Shown here one piece after another: positions 49,202-58,977 of a stretch of 64,000 bases of DNA. This DNA comes from Candidatus Collierbacteria bacterium UBA2277. GTDB lineage: Bacteria; Patescibacteriota; Microgenomatia; UBA1400; MFAQ01. The position numbers and the translations under genes were made by a program. The notes below the pieces were generated by a model. The model made no database searches, was not told the origin of the DNA, and saw only the letters and a list, made by a program, of their open reading frames with translations. Where the stretch lies: the NCBI GenBank assembly GCA_002347045.1, contig DDWV01000002.1:8551-72550 (forward strand), read 5' to 3'. Each line of letters opens with the position of its first letter. The stretch's first letter is position 1.

Positions 49202-50085
49202 GAATCACGAGGCATTCGTGGAACAAGGCTTCGAAAACCCAACTCTTCAAAAAGCAACAAAGCCTTGGACTTATCATAATTTGTCAACAGACAATCTTCC
49301 CAATCAATCTTTAGAGGAGCTTCGTTGTTTATCTCTGCCAACTCATAGCTTTGCATTGCCATCTCTTTATCTGCAATCAATAACTCTCTTACTCTTTTGC
49401 TAATCTTGTCACTCTCAATGTTCTCATACACTCCCTTCAAACATCCAAACTCTTGTACTAGCTTTGTAGCTGTTACTTTTCCCACACCTTTCACACCAGG
49501 AATATTATCAGAAGAATCTCCCATCAAGCTCTTCAAATCCACTATCTGTTTCGGTTTAAAACCATAAGTTTCCACTACTTTTTCTTCATCAAACACAGTT
49601 GCTTGTGAAGCTTTATTTTGCAAAGGTAAATAGACTACAATTTGCTTCCCTTTAATCAATTGAAGTGCATCTCTATCTGCCGTAGCTATTACCACCTGAG
49701 TATCAGACTCACTCTCTTCATCAGTCGCCAATCTTGCCAAGGTACCTATCAGATCATCTCCTTCGTATCCCTCAATCCCAAACTGAGGTATGTTCAAAAC
49801 TTCTACAACTTGCTTTGTTCTTTCAATCTGTGATACCAGCTCATCATCCATAGGACTACGATTAGCCTTGTATTTATCGTACTTCACTTTTCGAAAAGTA
49901 GGTCCTTTCAAATCCCAAGTAACTGCAGCATGAGTAGGGCCAAGCTTGCTTAGGATAGTAAGTAACATCGAAGTAAAACCATAAACAGCATTTATCAATT
50001 CACCCTTGGGCGTCGAAAGAGGAGGAAAACCATGATATGCCCTATGCAGCAATGAATTTCCGTCAATCAATATCAATTTCCTCAT
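49168..50085 (-). CDS. stand-alone 5'-3' exonuclease (Pol I N-terminal / FEN-like domain)
   Basis: [20 protein letters not shown]3TH region GDSSDNIPGVKGVG. 305 aa. Confidence 0.8.
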   Translation of the reverse strand: MRKLILIDGNSLLHRAYHGFPPLSTPKGELINAVYGFTSMLLTILSKLGPTHAAVTWDLKGPTFRKVKYDKYKANRSPMDDELVSQIERTKQVVEVLNIPQFGIEGYEGDDLIGTLARLATDEESESDTQVVIATADRDALQLIKGKQIVVYLPLQNKASQATVFDEEKVVETYGFKPKQIVDLKSLMGDSSDNIPGVKGVGKVTATKLVQEFGCLKGVYENIESDKISKRVRELLIADKEMAMQSYELAEINNEAPLKIDWEDCLLTNYDKSKALLLFEELGFRSLVPRMPRDSWEKETEEIFL

Positions 50086-51947
50086 TTTTTTATCTCAAAA
50101 AATACCTTTGGTAGACCAACCAATTTCTCAAACGCTTCTTGCTCCAAAGTCTCAACTTTCATCAGCCTAACAACAATACTGTCTAATACTTTTCTATTGT
50201 CTTTTAGTATTTTTACTGCCGTCAGATATCCTTCATCAACCAGTTTTTTAATTTCTTTATCAACTTTTGCTTGAGTAGCCTCAGACAACCTAATCGAGTC
50301 TCCATAAGAAAAGCCCCAACTATTCATCTCAGATCGAAGCCCCATAGACACAGGACCCAAATCACTCATTCCGAAATCAACTACCATTCTCCTAGCCAGC
50401 ATTGTCGCTCTTTCTATGTCCGATGAGGCTCCTGCTGTCAGTTCATTAAAAACAAGCTTCTCTGCAGCTCGCCCACCCAAAGACATCGCAATCTCATCTT
50501 TTAGCTCAGATCTGGTCTGTTGATACTTATCTGTCTTTGGTCTACTCATGGTAAAACCTAGAGCCATTCCTCTTGAGACAATACTCAAACGATGAATCGG
50601 ATCAGTACCTGGTAACAGGTGTCCCACAAGAGCGTGGCCAGCTTCATGATAAGCTGTCATTTTCTTTTCTAAAACCGACTGGAGTCTCTTTTTCTCGGGC
50701 CCCATCTTTACTTTCATGGCCGCCTCTTCAATGTCTTCCATCAAAATTTCTTTTCGATCATCTCTAGCCGCTAAAATTGCAGCTTCATTTAACATATTTT
50801 CCAAGTCTGCTCCTGAAAAACCTACAGTTCTTTCAGCCACTTTATCCCAATTCATTTTTTTTCCAAAAGGCTTGCCTCCTCGATGAATCTCAACAATTGC
50901 CTTCCTACCGGCAATATCCGGCAGATCCAAATTCACTCGTCTATCAAAGCGCCCTGGTCGAATTAAGGCTGGGTCAAGCACATCAGGTCTATTTGTTGCC
51001 GCAATAACAATTACATTGTCTGTTTGCGTAAATCCATCCATCTCAACTAATATCTGGTTAAGTGTTTGCTCTCTCTCATCATGTCCTCCCATACCACCAC
51101 CCACACCTCTAGTTCTACCAATAGCGTCAACCTCATCAATGAAAATAATAGCCGGTGAGGCTTTCTTTGCTGTATCAAACAGGTCACGCACACGACTTGC
51201 GCCTACTCCAACCAACATCTCCATAAACTCACTCCCAGCCATAGAGAAAAAGGGCACTCCTGCTTCACCAGCAACAGCTCTAGCCATCAAAGTTTTTCCT
51301 ACGCCCGATGGTCCAGTCAAAAGAACTCCCTTTGGTGTTCTTGCACCCAAGTCACAATATTTTTTTGGGTTCTTCAGAAAATCTACTACCTCTTCAAGCT
51401 CTTTTTTAGCCTCATCCACACCGGCTACATCTTTAAACTTCACGTTTTGCTTACCCTTTGAAAACAACTTAGCTTTACTTTTACCCATACCAAACATATC
51501 TCCTCCTCCGCCTTGTTTGCGCATCAAAAAAAACATTAACACTCCAAACCCCAAGATTGGCAAAACCAAAGACAACACACCCCACACAGCCTTACTAAAG
51601 TCCTGAGATGACACTGAAACCTTTATTTTGCCTTCATCTATTCCTGCCTTCTGTAACTGATCCATAAAACTAGAACCTTCCTCTTTTCTTGAGGTACCAA
51701 TCACCTGTTTGCCTTCTTCGTCTTTTGGATAAACCAAAATCAAGTCATCTCCTTTTATCTCAACCGACTCTACTTTTCCTTCTTTTATCTCAGATATTGC
51801 AGAAGACAAAGGCATCTCTATAACCGCTCCCGTTGTACTTAGTAAATATCTAGCGATATATGGAACAAACAAAAACAATATCAAAAACCACACCAAAATT
51901 CTTCTCAAATTAAAATTCATTTTAAACTCTACTTTTTTTGTTTGCAT
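50082..51947 (-). CDS. ftsH: ATP-dependent zinc metalloprotease FtsH
   Basis: N-terminal TM, AAA Walker [14 protein letters not shown] zinc motif. 621 aa. Confidence 0.92.
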   Translation of the reverse strand: MQTKKVEFKMNFNLRRILVWFLILFLFVPYIARYLLSTTGAVIEMPLSSAISEIKEGKVESVEIKGDDLILVYPKDEEGKQVIGTSRKEEGSSFMDQLQKAGIDEGKIKVSVSSQDFSKAVWGVLSLVLPILGFGVLMFFLMRKQGGGGDMFGMGKSKAKLFSKGKQNVKFKDVAGVDEAKKELEEVVDFLKNPKKYCDLGARTPKGVLLTGPSGVGKTLMARAVAGEAGVPFFSMAGSEFMEMLVGVGASRVRDLFDTAKKASPAIIFIDEVDAIGRTRGVGGGMGGHDEREQTLNQILVEMDGFTQTDNVIVIAATNRPDVLDPALIRPGRFDRRVNLDLPDIAGRKAIVEIHRGGKPFGKKMNWDKVAERTVGFSGADLENMLNEAAILAARDDRKEILMEDIEEAAMKVKMGPEKKRLQSVLEKKMTAYHEAGHALVGHLLPGTDPIHRLSIVSRGMALGFTMSRPKTDKYQQTRSELKDEIAMSLGGRAAEKLVFNELTAGASSDIERATMLARRMVVDFGMSDLGPVSMGLRSEMNSWGFSYGDSIRLSEATQAKVDKEIKKLVDEGYLTAVKILKDNRKVLDSIVVRLMKVETLEQEAFEKLVGLPKVFFEIKK

Positions 51948-51962
51948 ATATATTTTATCTCC

Positions 51963-52298
51963 CTATCTTATCATCGTTCCAAGCACGACACTCTCATCCA
52001 AAAATATCAATTTAGGTCCATCCTTATCATCAATCATAATTGTCATCCCCTGACTAATCTCATCTCCCATTTTTTTAGGCTCCATATTTATAATCACAGG
52101 CATAATCTTTCCAATCATGTCTTCTGCTGAGTACCACTTTCTTATTCCACTAAAAAGAACTCTTTTACCCAGCTCTTTCCCAAAGTCCATCTCATATCGA
52201 ATTAGTTTTTCACTCCACTCAGGAGCCGAAGCAGCGACAACTTTACCTGCTCGGATATCGAGTTTGTCAAACTCAGAATAGGTAATTAAGTCTTTCAT
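51963..52298 (-). CDS. tRNA-binding protein (Trbp111/CsaA/EMAP-like OB domain)
   Basis: 111 aa. Homology to the C-terminal tRNA-binding domain of MetRS. Confidence 0.65.
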   Translation of the reverse strand: MKDLITYSEFDKLDIRAGKVVAASAPEWSEKLIRYEMDFGKELGKRVLFSGIRKWYSAEDMIGKIMPVIINMEPKKMGDEISQGMTIMIDDKDGPKLIFLDESVVLGTMIR

Positions 52299-52299
52299 A

Positions 52300-53298
52300 T
52301 TAGAATTTATAATTAATTTTCATTGCCGTCTTTACTGAACTTAGCGTTTCTTCAGTCACAGCCACCCCTTTTATAACACCATCTTTCAAAATCTCATTTA
52401 CTTTGTCCGGATTACTTTCTAAAGCTAATCTTCGAACTCTCATAGGTTCAAGAAAGTCATTGATTGCAATTATCAATTTTTGCTTTACCTCAACATCCCC
52501 TACAGCTCCCTCACGATATCTAACTTTCAAATCCTCGACCTCTTTTCTATTTTTATTAAAAGCATCATGATAAATAAACACCGGATTACCCTCAACCGTT
52601 CCTGGGTCTGTTGGCTTAAGCCTGTTTGGATCTGTGTACATACTCATCACTTTCTTTTTTACCTCATCTGCACTATCTGACAAATATATACAGTTTCCCA
52701 AACTTTTACTCATTTTTGCTTTTCCATCCAACCCAACCAACCTTGGATAATCTCCAATTAAAGCCTCAGGCTCAACCAAAGTCTCACCATACAAAGAATT
52801 AAATTTACGCACTATCTCTCTTGTTTGTTCAATCATTGGAAGCTGATCATCCCCCACAGGAACCAAATCAGCAGCAAAGGCAGCTATATCTGCCGCCTGG
52901 GACACTGGATACATCGCGAAACCTGAAGGAACAGACTCTCCAAAACCTTTTAGCTCTATCTCAGTCTTAACAGTCGGATTTCTCAAAACTCTATTCAAAC
53001 TAACCAAATTCATAAAGAAAACAGTCAGTTCAGCTATGGCGGGTATCCTTGACTGCACCACAATGGTACTTTTCTCTGGGTCAATCCCCGCGGCAACGTA
53101 ATCGAGAACCAAATCTCTAACTGAATCAGCAACCACCTGAGGATTAGCAAAATTATCCGTCAAAGCCTGAACGTCCGCAATCAAAACATACTGTTCATAC
53201 TCATCCTGAAGCCGAACCCTATTGGACAAAGAACCCACATAATGTCCCAAATGCAATCGGCCGCTAGGCCTGTCACCAGTTAAAATTCTTTTCTTCAT
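52300..53298 (-). CDS. trpS: tryptophanyl-tRNA synthetase
   Basis: GDRPSGRLHLGHY (HIGH region), KMSKS. 332 aa. Confidence 0.88.
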   Translation of the reverse strand: MKKRILTGDRPSGRLHLGHYVGSLSNRVRLQDEYEQYVLIADVQALTDNFANPQVVADSVRDLVLDYVAAGIDPEKSTIVVQSRIPAIAELTVFFMNLVSLNRVLRNPTVKTEIELKGFGESVPSGFAMYPVSQAADIAAFAADLVPVGDDQLPMIEQTREIVRKFNSLYGETLVEPEALIGDYPRLVGLDGKAKMSKSLGNCIYLSDSADEVKKKVMSMYTDPNRLKPTDPGTVEGNPVFIYHDAFNKNRKEVEDLKVRYREGAVGDVEVKQKLIIAINDFLEPMRVRRLALESNPDKVNEILKDGVIKGVAVTEETLSSVKTAMKINYKF

Positions 53299-53332
53299 TT
53301 TTCAATTTTATCCTAATTTGCTCACCAAAAAG

Positions 53333-53406
53333 TAGCAAGGGTGGGTATCGAACCCACTACCTGCGGTTTATGAATCCGCCGCTCTAACCATTTGAGCTAC
53401 CTTGCC
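53333..53406 (-). tRNA. tRNA with CAT anticodon (elongator Met or Ile2-lysidine type; not initiator-like)
   Basis: Reverse complement GGCAAGG-TA-GCTC-AAATGGTTA-GAGC-G-GCGGA-TTCATAA-ACCGC-AGGTA-GTGGG-TTCGATA-CCCAC-CCTTGCT-A. The anticodon stem lacks the three consecutive G-C pairs of initiator tRNA. Confidence 0.8.
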
Positions 53407-53417
53407 AAACATCAATA

Positions 53418-53426
53418 TTATATCAA
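53418..53426 (-). promoter_or_regulatory. extended -10 TGATATAAT about 10 nt upstream of the tRNA(CAT) 5' end
   Basis: Minus strand reads tgtcTTGATATAATattgatgttt then GGCAAGG. Confidence 0.4.
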
Positions 53427-53499
53427 GACAACTATACGTAAGCTACAAAAATATTTTTATATAACCTAAAAAACATAAAAAATTGATAGTTAGCCTCAA

Positions 53500-53600
53500 T
53501 TGTGCTAAACTACGGTTGTTCGTATACTTGCGGGTGGAAGGTGAGTATCTTGCGAGGCTCATAATCTCGCTTAACTAGGGAGCGTGACCCTAGACCCGCA
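53500..53600. other. GC-rich structured element of unknown function (three nested hairpins closed by a 7-bp long-range helix)
   Basis: ttgcggg...cccgcaa encloses gcgagGCTCATAATctcgc and ctagggAGCGTGAccctag. It lies between the ftsB-like stop and the tRNA promoter. Confidence 0.35.
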
Positions 53601-53605
53601 ACCAA

Positions 53606-53983
53606 TTATTTCAAAAGTAACCACCACTGCTTCCAGTTTGGAATACTGCTTTCTGTATTTTCTTCTCCATTTTCCATAGTAACCCCTTCTTTAGGCAAAA
53701 CAGCCACTACTTCTCCAATTTTTTGCATATTAAGCTGTTCCCTAATTAACCTTTCCTTGTATTCATCGGTCATTACTAAGCTCAATTTCTCTTTTAGCTC
53801 TGAGTTCTTCATTTCTTCTGCCTCCAACCTCTTTTTTGAGTCTTCAATTCTCAAATAACCTTTTTTCACCTTCGACAAATCTCGAATCATAGAAAAAATC
53901 AGTATCCAGGCAATAATCAAAATTATTCCTTTAATCCAACCCTTTTCATCCGCTTTATTGTTATATCTATTTCCTGCTTGCAT
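53606..53983 (-). CDS. septum formation initiator family protein (FtsB/DivIC-like)
   Basis: N-terminal TM then coiled coil. 125 aa. Confidence 0.55.
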   Translation of the reverse strand: MQAGNRYNNKADEKGWIKGIILIIAWILIFSMIRDLSKVKKGYLRIEDSKKRLEAEEMKNSELKEKLSLVMTDEYKERLIREQLNMQKIGEVVAVLPKEGVTMENGEENTESSIPNWKQWWLLLK

Positions 53984-54037
53984 TTTATAAACCTAGAGTG
54001 TTATAATAAGTGACATAAATAATATTGAACCAAAAAT

Positions 54038-54913
54038 ATGGAACAAATAGATCAAAATATCTTACAAGCTATTACTGCTTTCAAAAGTCATTTGGCTTCT
54101 CAAGGCAGAGCTTCTGCTACCATTTTAGCCTACTCCAAAGACATTGAGCAGTTAGCAAACTTTGTTGCAAAATCAAACAAAACTAATCTCGATCAAGTTA
54201 CCAAAGCTGATATTGATGCTTTTAAAGAGAGTTTATCCTCAGCAAACTACACCACCAAATCAATTTCTCGCAAGATAAACTCTATCAAATCATTCTTTGG
54301 ATACGTTCAATCCAAAGGGGCCATCACCGAAAATCCGGCAACTGAAGTCACACACCCTAAATATGACATCAAACCTCCTCGTATTCTAAACAAAATTGAG
54401 TATCGCGCACTTCGTGACGCTTGTCGTGAAGACCTTCGTATGGCTGCAATTGTTGAACTCTTACTTCAAACAGGCATGAGAATTTCAGAACTTGCCAACC
54501 TAAAAATATCTGATATCGATTCAAACAATAATCAAATTACTATCAAGGCTTACGAATCTCACCCAGAACGAGTCATTCCTTTAAACCAGCCAGTGAAAGA
54601 GTCTTTAGCTCGCTACATGGACATCAGACCAAAAAGTGGCAACACCTATGTATTCATCACAAAGACAGGTAATCCTTTTCTCATCAGAAATATCCGTTCA
54701 AATCTTGACCGCTATTTCCACATTGCTGGAATCGAAAATGCCAAGGTAAATGATCTGCGTCACACATTTATAGCCCAGCAACTCACTTCAGGCAGTCCTC
54801 TTGTTTACATCAGTAAGCTCGTCGGCCACAAAAGACTATCTACTACAGAAAAATATCTTGAGTTCATCTCTGAAAAACCAGCTAAGGACAAGCCAAAGCT
54901 CATCGATCTTTAA
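54038..54913 (+). CDS. tyrosine recombinase XerC/XerD family
   Basis: SAM-like N-domain, catalytic R...HxxR...Y (LRHTFIAQQL ... GHKRLSTTEKYL). 291 aa. Confidence 0.85.
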   Translation: MEQIDQNILQAITAFKSHLASQGRASATILAYSKDIEQLANFVAKSNKTNLDQVTKADIDAFKESLSSANYTTKSISRKINSIKSFFGYVQSKGAITENPATEVTHPKYDIKPPRILNKIEYRALRDACREDLRMAAIVELLLQTGMRISELANLKISDIDSNNNQITIKAYESHPERVIPLNQPVKESLARYMDIRPKSGNTYVFITKTGNPFLIRNIRSNLDRYFHIAGIENAKVNDLRHTFIAQQLTSGSPLVYISKLVGHKRLSTTEKYLEFISEKPAKDKPKLIDL

Positions 54914-54932
54914 TCGTCACATAAAATTAATT

Positions 54933-54965
54933 AAAAAAACTAGCCTTTTTTGGCTAGTTTTTTTA
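54933..54965. terminator. bidirectional terminator (aaaaaaactagcc tttttt ggctagttttttt)
   Basis: 6-bp stem flanked by A-runs and T-runs on both sides. Serves the convergent genes. Confidence 0.65.
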
Positions 54966-55302
54966 ATGTCTCCAAGGTAGTCTGCGACAAAAAACCTAAA
55001 ACCTCTCCCATCTTGTCAACCGAACCTACGGCCATTGCCAACCAGCCAGAAGTTGATTTCCTTGTGTCCTCAATTACTACAAACGCATTTTTGACACCGG
55101 TAATCTCCATTTGTTCACCCGTAGCCTCATCTTCAACAAAAATTGTTACCGGATTACCACTTTTGCCTAAATTAATATTTCCAGAAATAACCATCTCGGA
55201 TGACCATGCCCCTCCATTAACTACATCTCCCAACTCCTCATTAGGAAGAGCCAGCCTCAAAAACTTGTCATTCTTCAACTTCACTTTTGTCTTTCTCTTC
55301 AT
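54940..55302 (-). CDS. hypothetical protein (120 aa)
   Basis: ORF track only. It starts 6 nt after tRNA-Ile(TAT). Confidence 0.35.
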   Translation of the reverse strand: MKRKTKVKLKNDKFLRLALPNEELGDVVNGGAWSSEMVISGNINLGKSGNPVTIFVEDEATGEQMEITGVKNAFVVIEDTRKSTSGWLAMAVGSVDKMGEVLGFLSQTTLETLKKLAKKG

Positions 55303-55307
55303 ACTTG

Positions 55308-55381
55308 TGGGCCGACTAGGATTCGAACCTAGGACATCGAAGGTATAAGCTTCGCGCTCTAACCAGCTGAGCTATCGGCCC
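55308..55381 (-). tRNA. tRNA-Ile with anticodon TAT (UAU)
   Basis: Reverse complement GGGCCGA-TA-GCTC-AGCTGGTTA-GAGC-G-CGAAG-CTTATAC-CTTCG-ATGTC-CTAGG-TTCGAAT-CCTAG-TCGGCCC-A. Perfect cloverleaf, U33, A37. Confidence 0.85.
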
Positions 55382-55409
55382 AATTTCCAATATTCTACCA
55401 TTTTTTAAC

Positions 55410-57731
55410 CTAAAGTTTACTTCTTTTCTCAATTTCTTCATCCACCTCGGCAACATCTCTTCCATACTTTAATCTAGACAATTCTTTAATCATTCTAGCC
55501 ACCTCAGGGCTTCCTTGAGCCCTCTCAGCCTTAAGATCTCGACTAACATCCATCGAAAAGGGAGGGACTGGAGAAGAATTAATTATAGTTTTTGTATAAA
55601 CCATCTGTGCCGGCACATTGGTCAAGTCAGTTTCGTTAAACATTGGGTCAAACTCTTTAGACAAGATAGCGGCATCTTGCATACCGACACGATAAGACAT
55701 CAATGTACCAACATTTCCAAAAATAGCGTCACGCACCTGTTCGTCTAGTTGACTCACAAACTGATTTGCCAAAATCAAAGAAACCGCATATTTACGAACT
55801 TCAGAAAGCATCTGAGCAAAGTCTGGTGTTGCAAAATTTTGAAACTCGTCAACATAAAGATTAAATGGTCTCCTTTGATCTGCTGGAATATCTTGCCTAG
55901 ACAAAGCAGCAGCCAAAATTTTTGGGATCAAAATCAAACCCAAAAAACTTGCGTCCTCTTCTCCCAAGAGACCCTTGGCTAACTTAAGGAAAACTATCTT
56001 GCCCGTATCCATTGCATCACGGAAATTCAACGAACTTTTTGATTGACCAATGATATTTCGTATCATTTTGTTTGTTACGAATCGTCCAAACTTAGAAGAA
56101 ATATAGTCCAGCGTCTCACTCTTATGAAAATCTGAAGTTTGAGCAATCTGATCCGTCCAGTATCGCCTTACAATAGGATCCTTTACCAGAGGTAGAATTT
56201 CCTGAACATATTTCTGGTCAGTCAACACTCTATTAACCTCAATAAAGGTAGAGCCCGGAACAACAGCGACAGTCAACATAGCATTGCGAACAGCGTGTTC
56301 AAATCTAGCACCCACCATTCCAGTTCGATGTGGATCAAAAAGCTTGTACATCAAATTTATGATTGACGAAGCCACTTGATACATCTCATCATAACTACTA
56401 ACCTCCAAAAGATTAAAACCAATCGGCCTTTCCTTATCAGATGGATCGAAAAAGATAACATCTTCAGCTCTCTCAGGAGGAACAAGCTCCATTAATTGTT
56501 CAATTCCTTCACCATGAGGCTCCAAGAAACAAAGGCCTTTCCCTGCTCTCATGTCCTGAATAATCATCGATTTTAATAACTCAGTCTTTCCGGTTCCGGT
56601 TCTTCCAATTATGTACATATGGCGCATTCTGTCTTGCTCGCTCATATAAATATTTCTTTCCTGACCGCGATACACAGATCTACCCAACCACAGGCCGGAA
56701 GGAGGAAAGCCACCGGTTGCCGGAGCAGACTTAGCTGTCAGCCAAAAAATATGCGGTGTGTCCACCAATTTATTTGGAAGATGCCAAATAGAAGCCAGTT
56801 CATCACTTGACAACACAGAGTTGTTTCCCCACAAGTTTTGATATCGATAAATAAAGTCCGTCATAAACATCTGTTTAAGTCGAATCTTTTTCCCAGAAAA
56901 ACTATTCTGGTTCCCCGCAAACTGAGAAAAAGTACTTTTTAAGTTCGAAAGATTCGCTTTTGCCTGCCCTTCACTTGAGGCCACACTTATCATTCTCACG
57001 CTAGTTAAAAATCCAACTTTGCTACATTTGCTCGTGATGGCTTCCATCTCTTGAGGATTCATCTTGTACTTTGCTTTTTCAGGACTAGATTCATCTTTTT
57101 TTAGTTTTGACACATATCCTTCCCCAGACTTACTCCAGTCAGACTCAGCAGGAGACACTATTATCTGAACTACAGCAGCCTCATTATCAGAAAACTTTGC
57201 CATAGAAGCTGTAATTGCAGAAAGCGAATCTACCGGTAAATCTTTATATGTTTTTATTGGCATAAAACTTGGATTTTTCAAAGAAAGCTCTGCAAAGGCT
57301 ATCGACGCATCCTTGTAAAAAACGTTATATTCATCAACCTGCTTTACCTGAACTCCGGAATATGTCCCTGCAATCATCTTTTCAATTAGCTCAACATTAT
57401 CTTTATGGCAAGAAACATAAAATCGAATATCTTCTTTTTTACCAACTATCTCCAAAGATATGTGCTGTTGTGACTTAAACTTCTGCCAAAAACCTCCTTT
57501 CTTTATTGAAAACAATGACGAAAACATCTGCTCAACTGCATCCACTTTCACTTCATTATCTCTTGGTACAGCAACCTCCATCAAAACAAAATTCATACTC
57601 ACCTCTTCTCTATTTTTATTTCTAAGCCAGATCACGAAAGCCATCCAACAGACAATCAGTAAGCCAATTACTACAACCAACCCGACAATCAATACTACGA
57701 AATACTGAATTATTTCACTAGAATTAATCAT
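55410..57731 (-). CDS. TraD/TrwB/VirD4-like (type IV coupling protein family) membrane ATPase with large N-terminal extra domain
   Basis: Two N-terminal TM segments, Walker A IIGRTGTGKTELLKSM, CFLEPHGE, Walker B LYVDEFQNF. 773 aa. Confidence 0.6.
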   Translation of the reverse strand: MINSSEIIQYFVVLIVGLVVVIGLLIVCWMAFVIWLRNKNREEVSMNFVLMEVAVPRDNEVKVDAVEQMFSSLFSIKKGGFWQKFKSQQHISLEIVGKKEDIRFYVSCHKDNVELIEKMIAGTYSGVQVKQVDEYNVFYKDASIAFAELSLKNPSFMPIKTYKDLPVDSLSAITASMAKFSDNEAAVVQIIVSPAESDWSKSGEGYVSKLKKDESSPEKAKYKMNPQEMEAITSKCSKVGFLTSVRMISVASSEGQAKANLSNLKSTFSQFAGNQNSFSGKKIRLKQMFMTDFIYRYQNLWGNNSVLSSDELASIWHLPNKLVDTPHIFWLTAKSAPATGGFPPSGLWLGRSVYRGQERNIYMSEQDRMRHMYIIGRTGTGKTELLKSMIIQDMRAGKGLCFLEPHGEGIEQLMELVPPERAEDVIFFDPSDKERPIGFNLLEVSSYDEMYQVASSIINLMYKLFDPHRTGMVGARFEHAVRNAMLTVAVVPGSTFIEVNRVLTDQKYVQEILPLVKDPIVRRYWTDQIAQTSDFHKSETLDYISSKFGRFVTNKMIRNIIGQSKSSLNFRDAMDTGKIVFLKLAKGLLGEEDASFLGLILIPKILAAALSRQDIPADQRRPFNLYVDEFQNFATPDFAQMLSEVRKYAVSLILANQFVSQLDEQVRDAIFGNVGTLMSYRVGMQDAAILSKEFDPMFNETDLTNVPAQMVYTKTIINSSPVPPFSMDVSRDLKAERAQGSPEVARMIKELSRLKYGRDVAEVDEEIEKRSKL

Positions 57732-58096
57732 TGTGCATTTTCAGGAGGAAGATAAAAAACTCTTCCTGGATACTTTTTAATCATCATTACACACCACTCA
57801 GAAAGCCATCTCACGCTATCCTTTACTGTATGACGCAAACCCTCAGACACGTCTTCTTGACCCATAGGTAACACAATTTTATTTTGCCCTTGTACGGCAA
57901 ACTGAGCCGAAACAATCTTTCCCATGTCATCACTTGGCTGTTTTTGATTTGAAACATTCTGCTGTGAAGGCACACTTACTTTCTGTTGTGTCTCAGCCTG
58001 TTTCTCCACCTTCTCAACATAACCAACAGCCTCAACACCTGAAGGTGCTTGTTCTGTAATAACTGGACGTTCAATTTCCTTACCTGGTGCAGGCAT
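57728..58096 (-). CDS. hypothetical protein (122 aa)
   Basis: 4-bp overlap with the T4CP-like gene. Gln/Ser-rich. Confidence 0.4.
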   Translation of the reverse strand: MPAPGKEIERPVITEQAPSGVEAVGYVEKVEKQAETQQKVSVPSQQNVSNQKQPSDDMGKIVSAQFAVQGQNKIVLPMGQEDVSEGLRHTVKDSVRWLSEWCVMMIKKYPGRVFYLPPENAQ

Positions 58097-58110
58097 ACTT
58101 TAACTATACC

Positions 58111-58701
58111 TTAAAAATCTAACCCAGAAACTGCCAAAATTCCTTTGTCGTATGGATGTTTTATCTTTTTCATATAAGTAACAAGATCAGCATATTCATC
58201 CAGTTCTTTAATGTGTTTATGACCAGTCAACACCATATGAGTACTTCCTCTGCTCTTAATCAAACTCAATATGTCACCAACCGCAAGTAGTCCATCACTT
58301 ACCGCCCTAATCACCTCGTCAAGAACCAACAAATCTACTCCCATACCCCCACCCTCCTCATTTTTCATCAAAACCTCTTTTGCAAGCAAAAGGGCCTTCT
58401 CAGCCGATTTCTTATGCCCCTCTAGGGTATCTATATCATGAAGTATATTTCCATTAACTATGCTCACCTTTTTCGTATTTCCCAAAAAGAAGCCATCACC
58501 CATCCAATACATTTCCAAATCTTTTTTAAACTTTTTCGACATCCCCATCTCCGATAATTTCCACAACGAATTTTTGTACCACGAAATCCATACAACTTTT
58601 TTTCTTAACATCAGCATCCGACAAACTACACCAAGAGCCGCACTGGTCTTTCCCTTACCGTTACCCTCAAAAATATATACCAGTCCAGGTTTTTTAGTCA
58701 T
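58111..58701 (-). CDS. cobO: cob(I)alamin adenosyltransferase CobA/CobO/BtuR family
   Basis: P-loop GNGKGKTSAALG, VLDE. 196 aa. Confidence 0.75.
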   Translation of the reverse strand: MTKKPGLVYIFEGNGKGKTSAALGVVCRMLMLRKKVVWISWYKNSLWKLSEMGMSKKFKKDLEMYWMGDGFFLGNTKKVSIVNGNILHDIDTLEGHKKSAEKALLLAKEVLMKNEEGGGMGVDLLVLDEVIRAVSDGLLAVGDILSLIKSRGSTHMVLTGHKHIKELDEYADLVTYMKKIKHPYDKGILAVSGLDF

Positions 58702-58977
58702 ACATATAAAATATATCTCAAAAATAATAAAATATATATAAAACTATAGTGTTTTGCCACTGTCTACTCCAACTAATAATCTGCCTCAAAAAAATGCAGC
58801 ATAGACACTAAAAAAGGACGGATACTAAGGGATAATATACACACAACCAAGCATTAGCAATGTCAACAAAAGACTGATAGTAAACAAGATTACCTACTAA
58901 CCATTAAACACTACTACAAAGTCCTTGTCAAATAATTATATATACAATCAGACTATATCATATATGGTCTATTTACA

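Noticed and set aside
53333-53406. Initiator tRNA-fMet assignment for the CAT tRNA
   Set aside because: The anticodon stem is GCGGA/ACCGC, without the three consecutive G-C pairs. The 1-72 pair is G-U rather than the initiator C-A mismatch. It is therefore called elongator Met or Ile2, unresolved.
53500-53600. SRP RNA (4.5S) assignment for the GC-rich element
   Set aside because: It contains GGAAGG but has multi-hairpin topology and lacks the conserved domain IV symmetric loop (GGUCAGGUCCGGAAGGAAGCAGC). Too uncertain to call.
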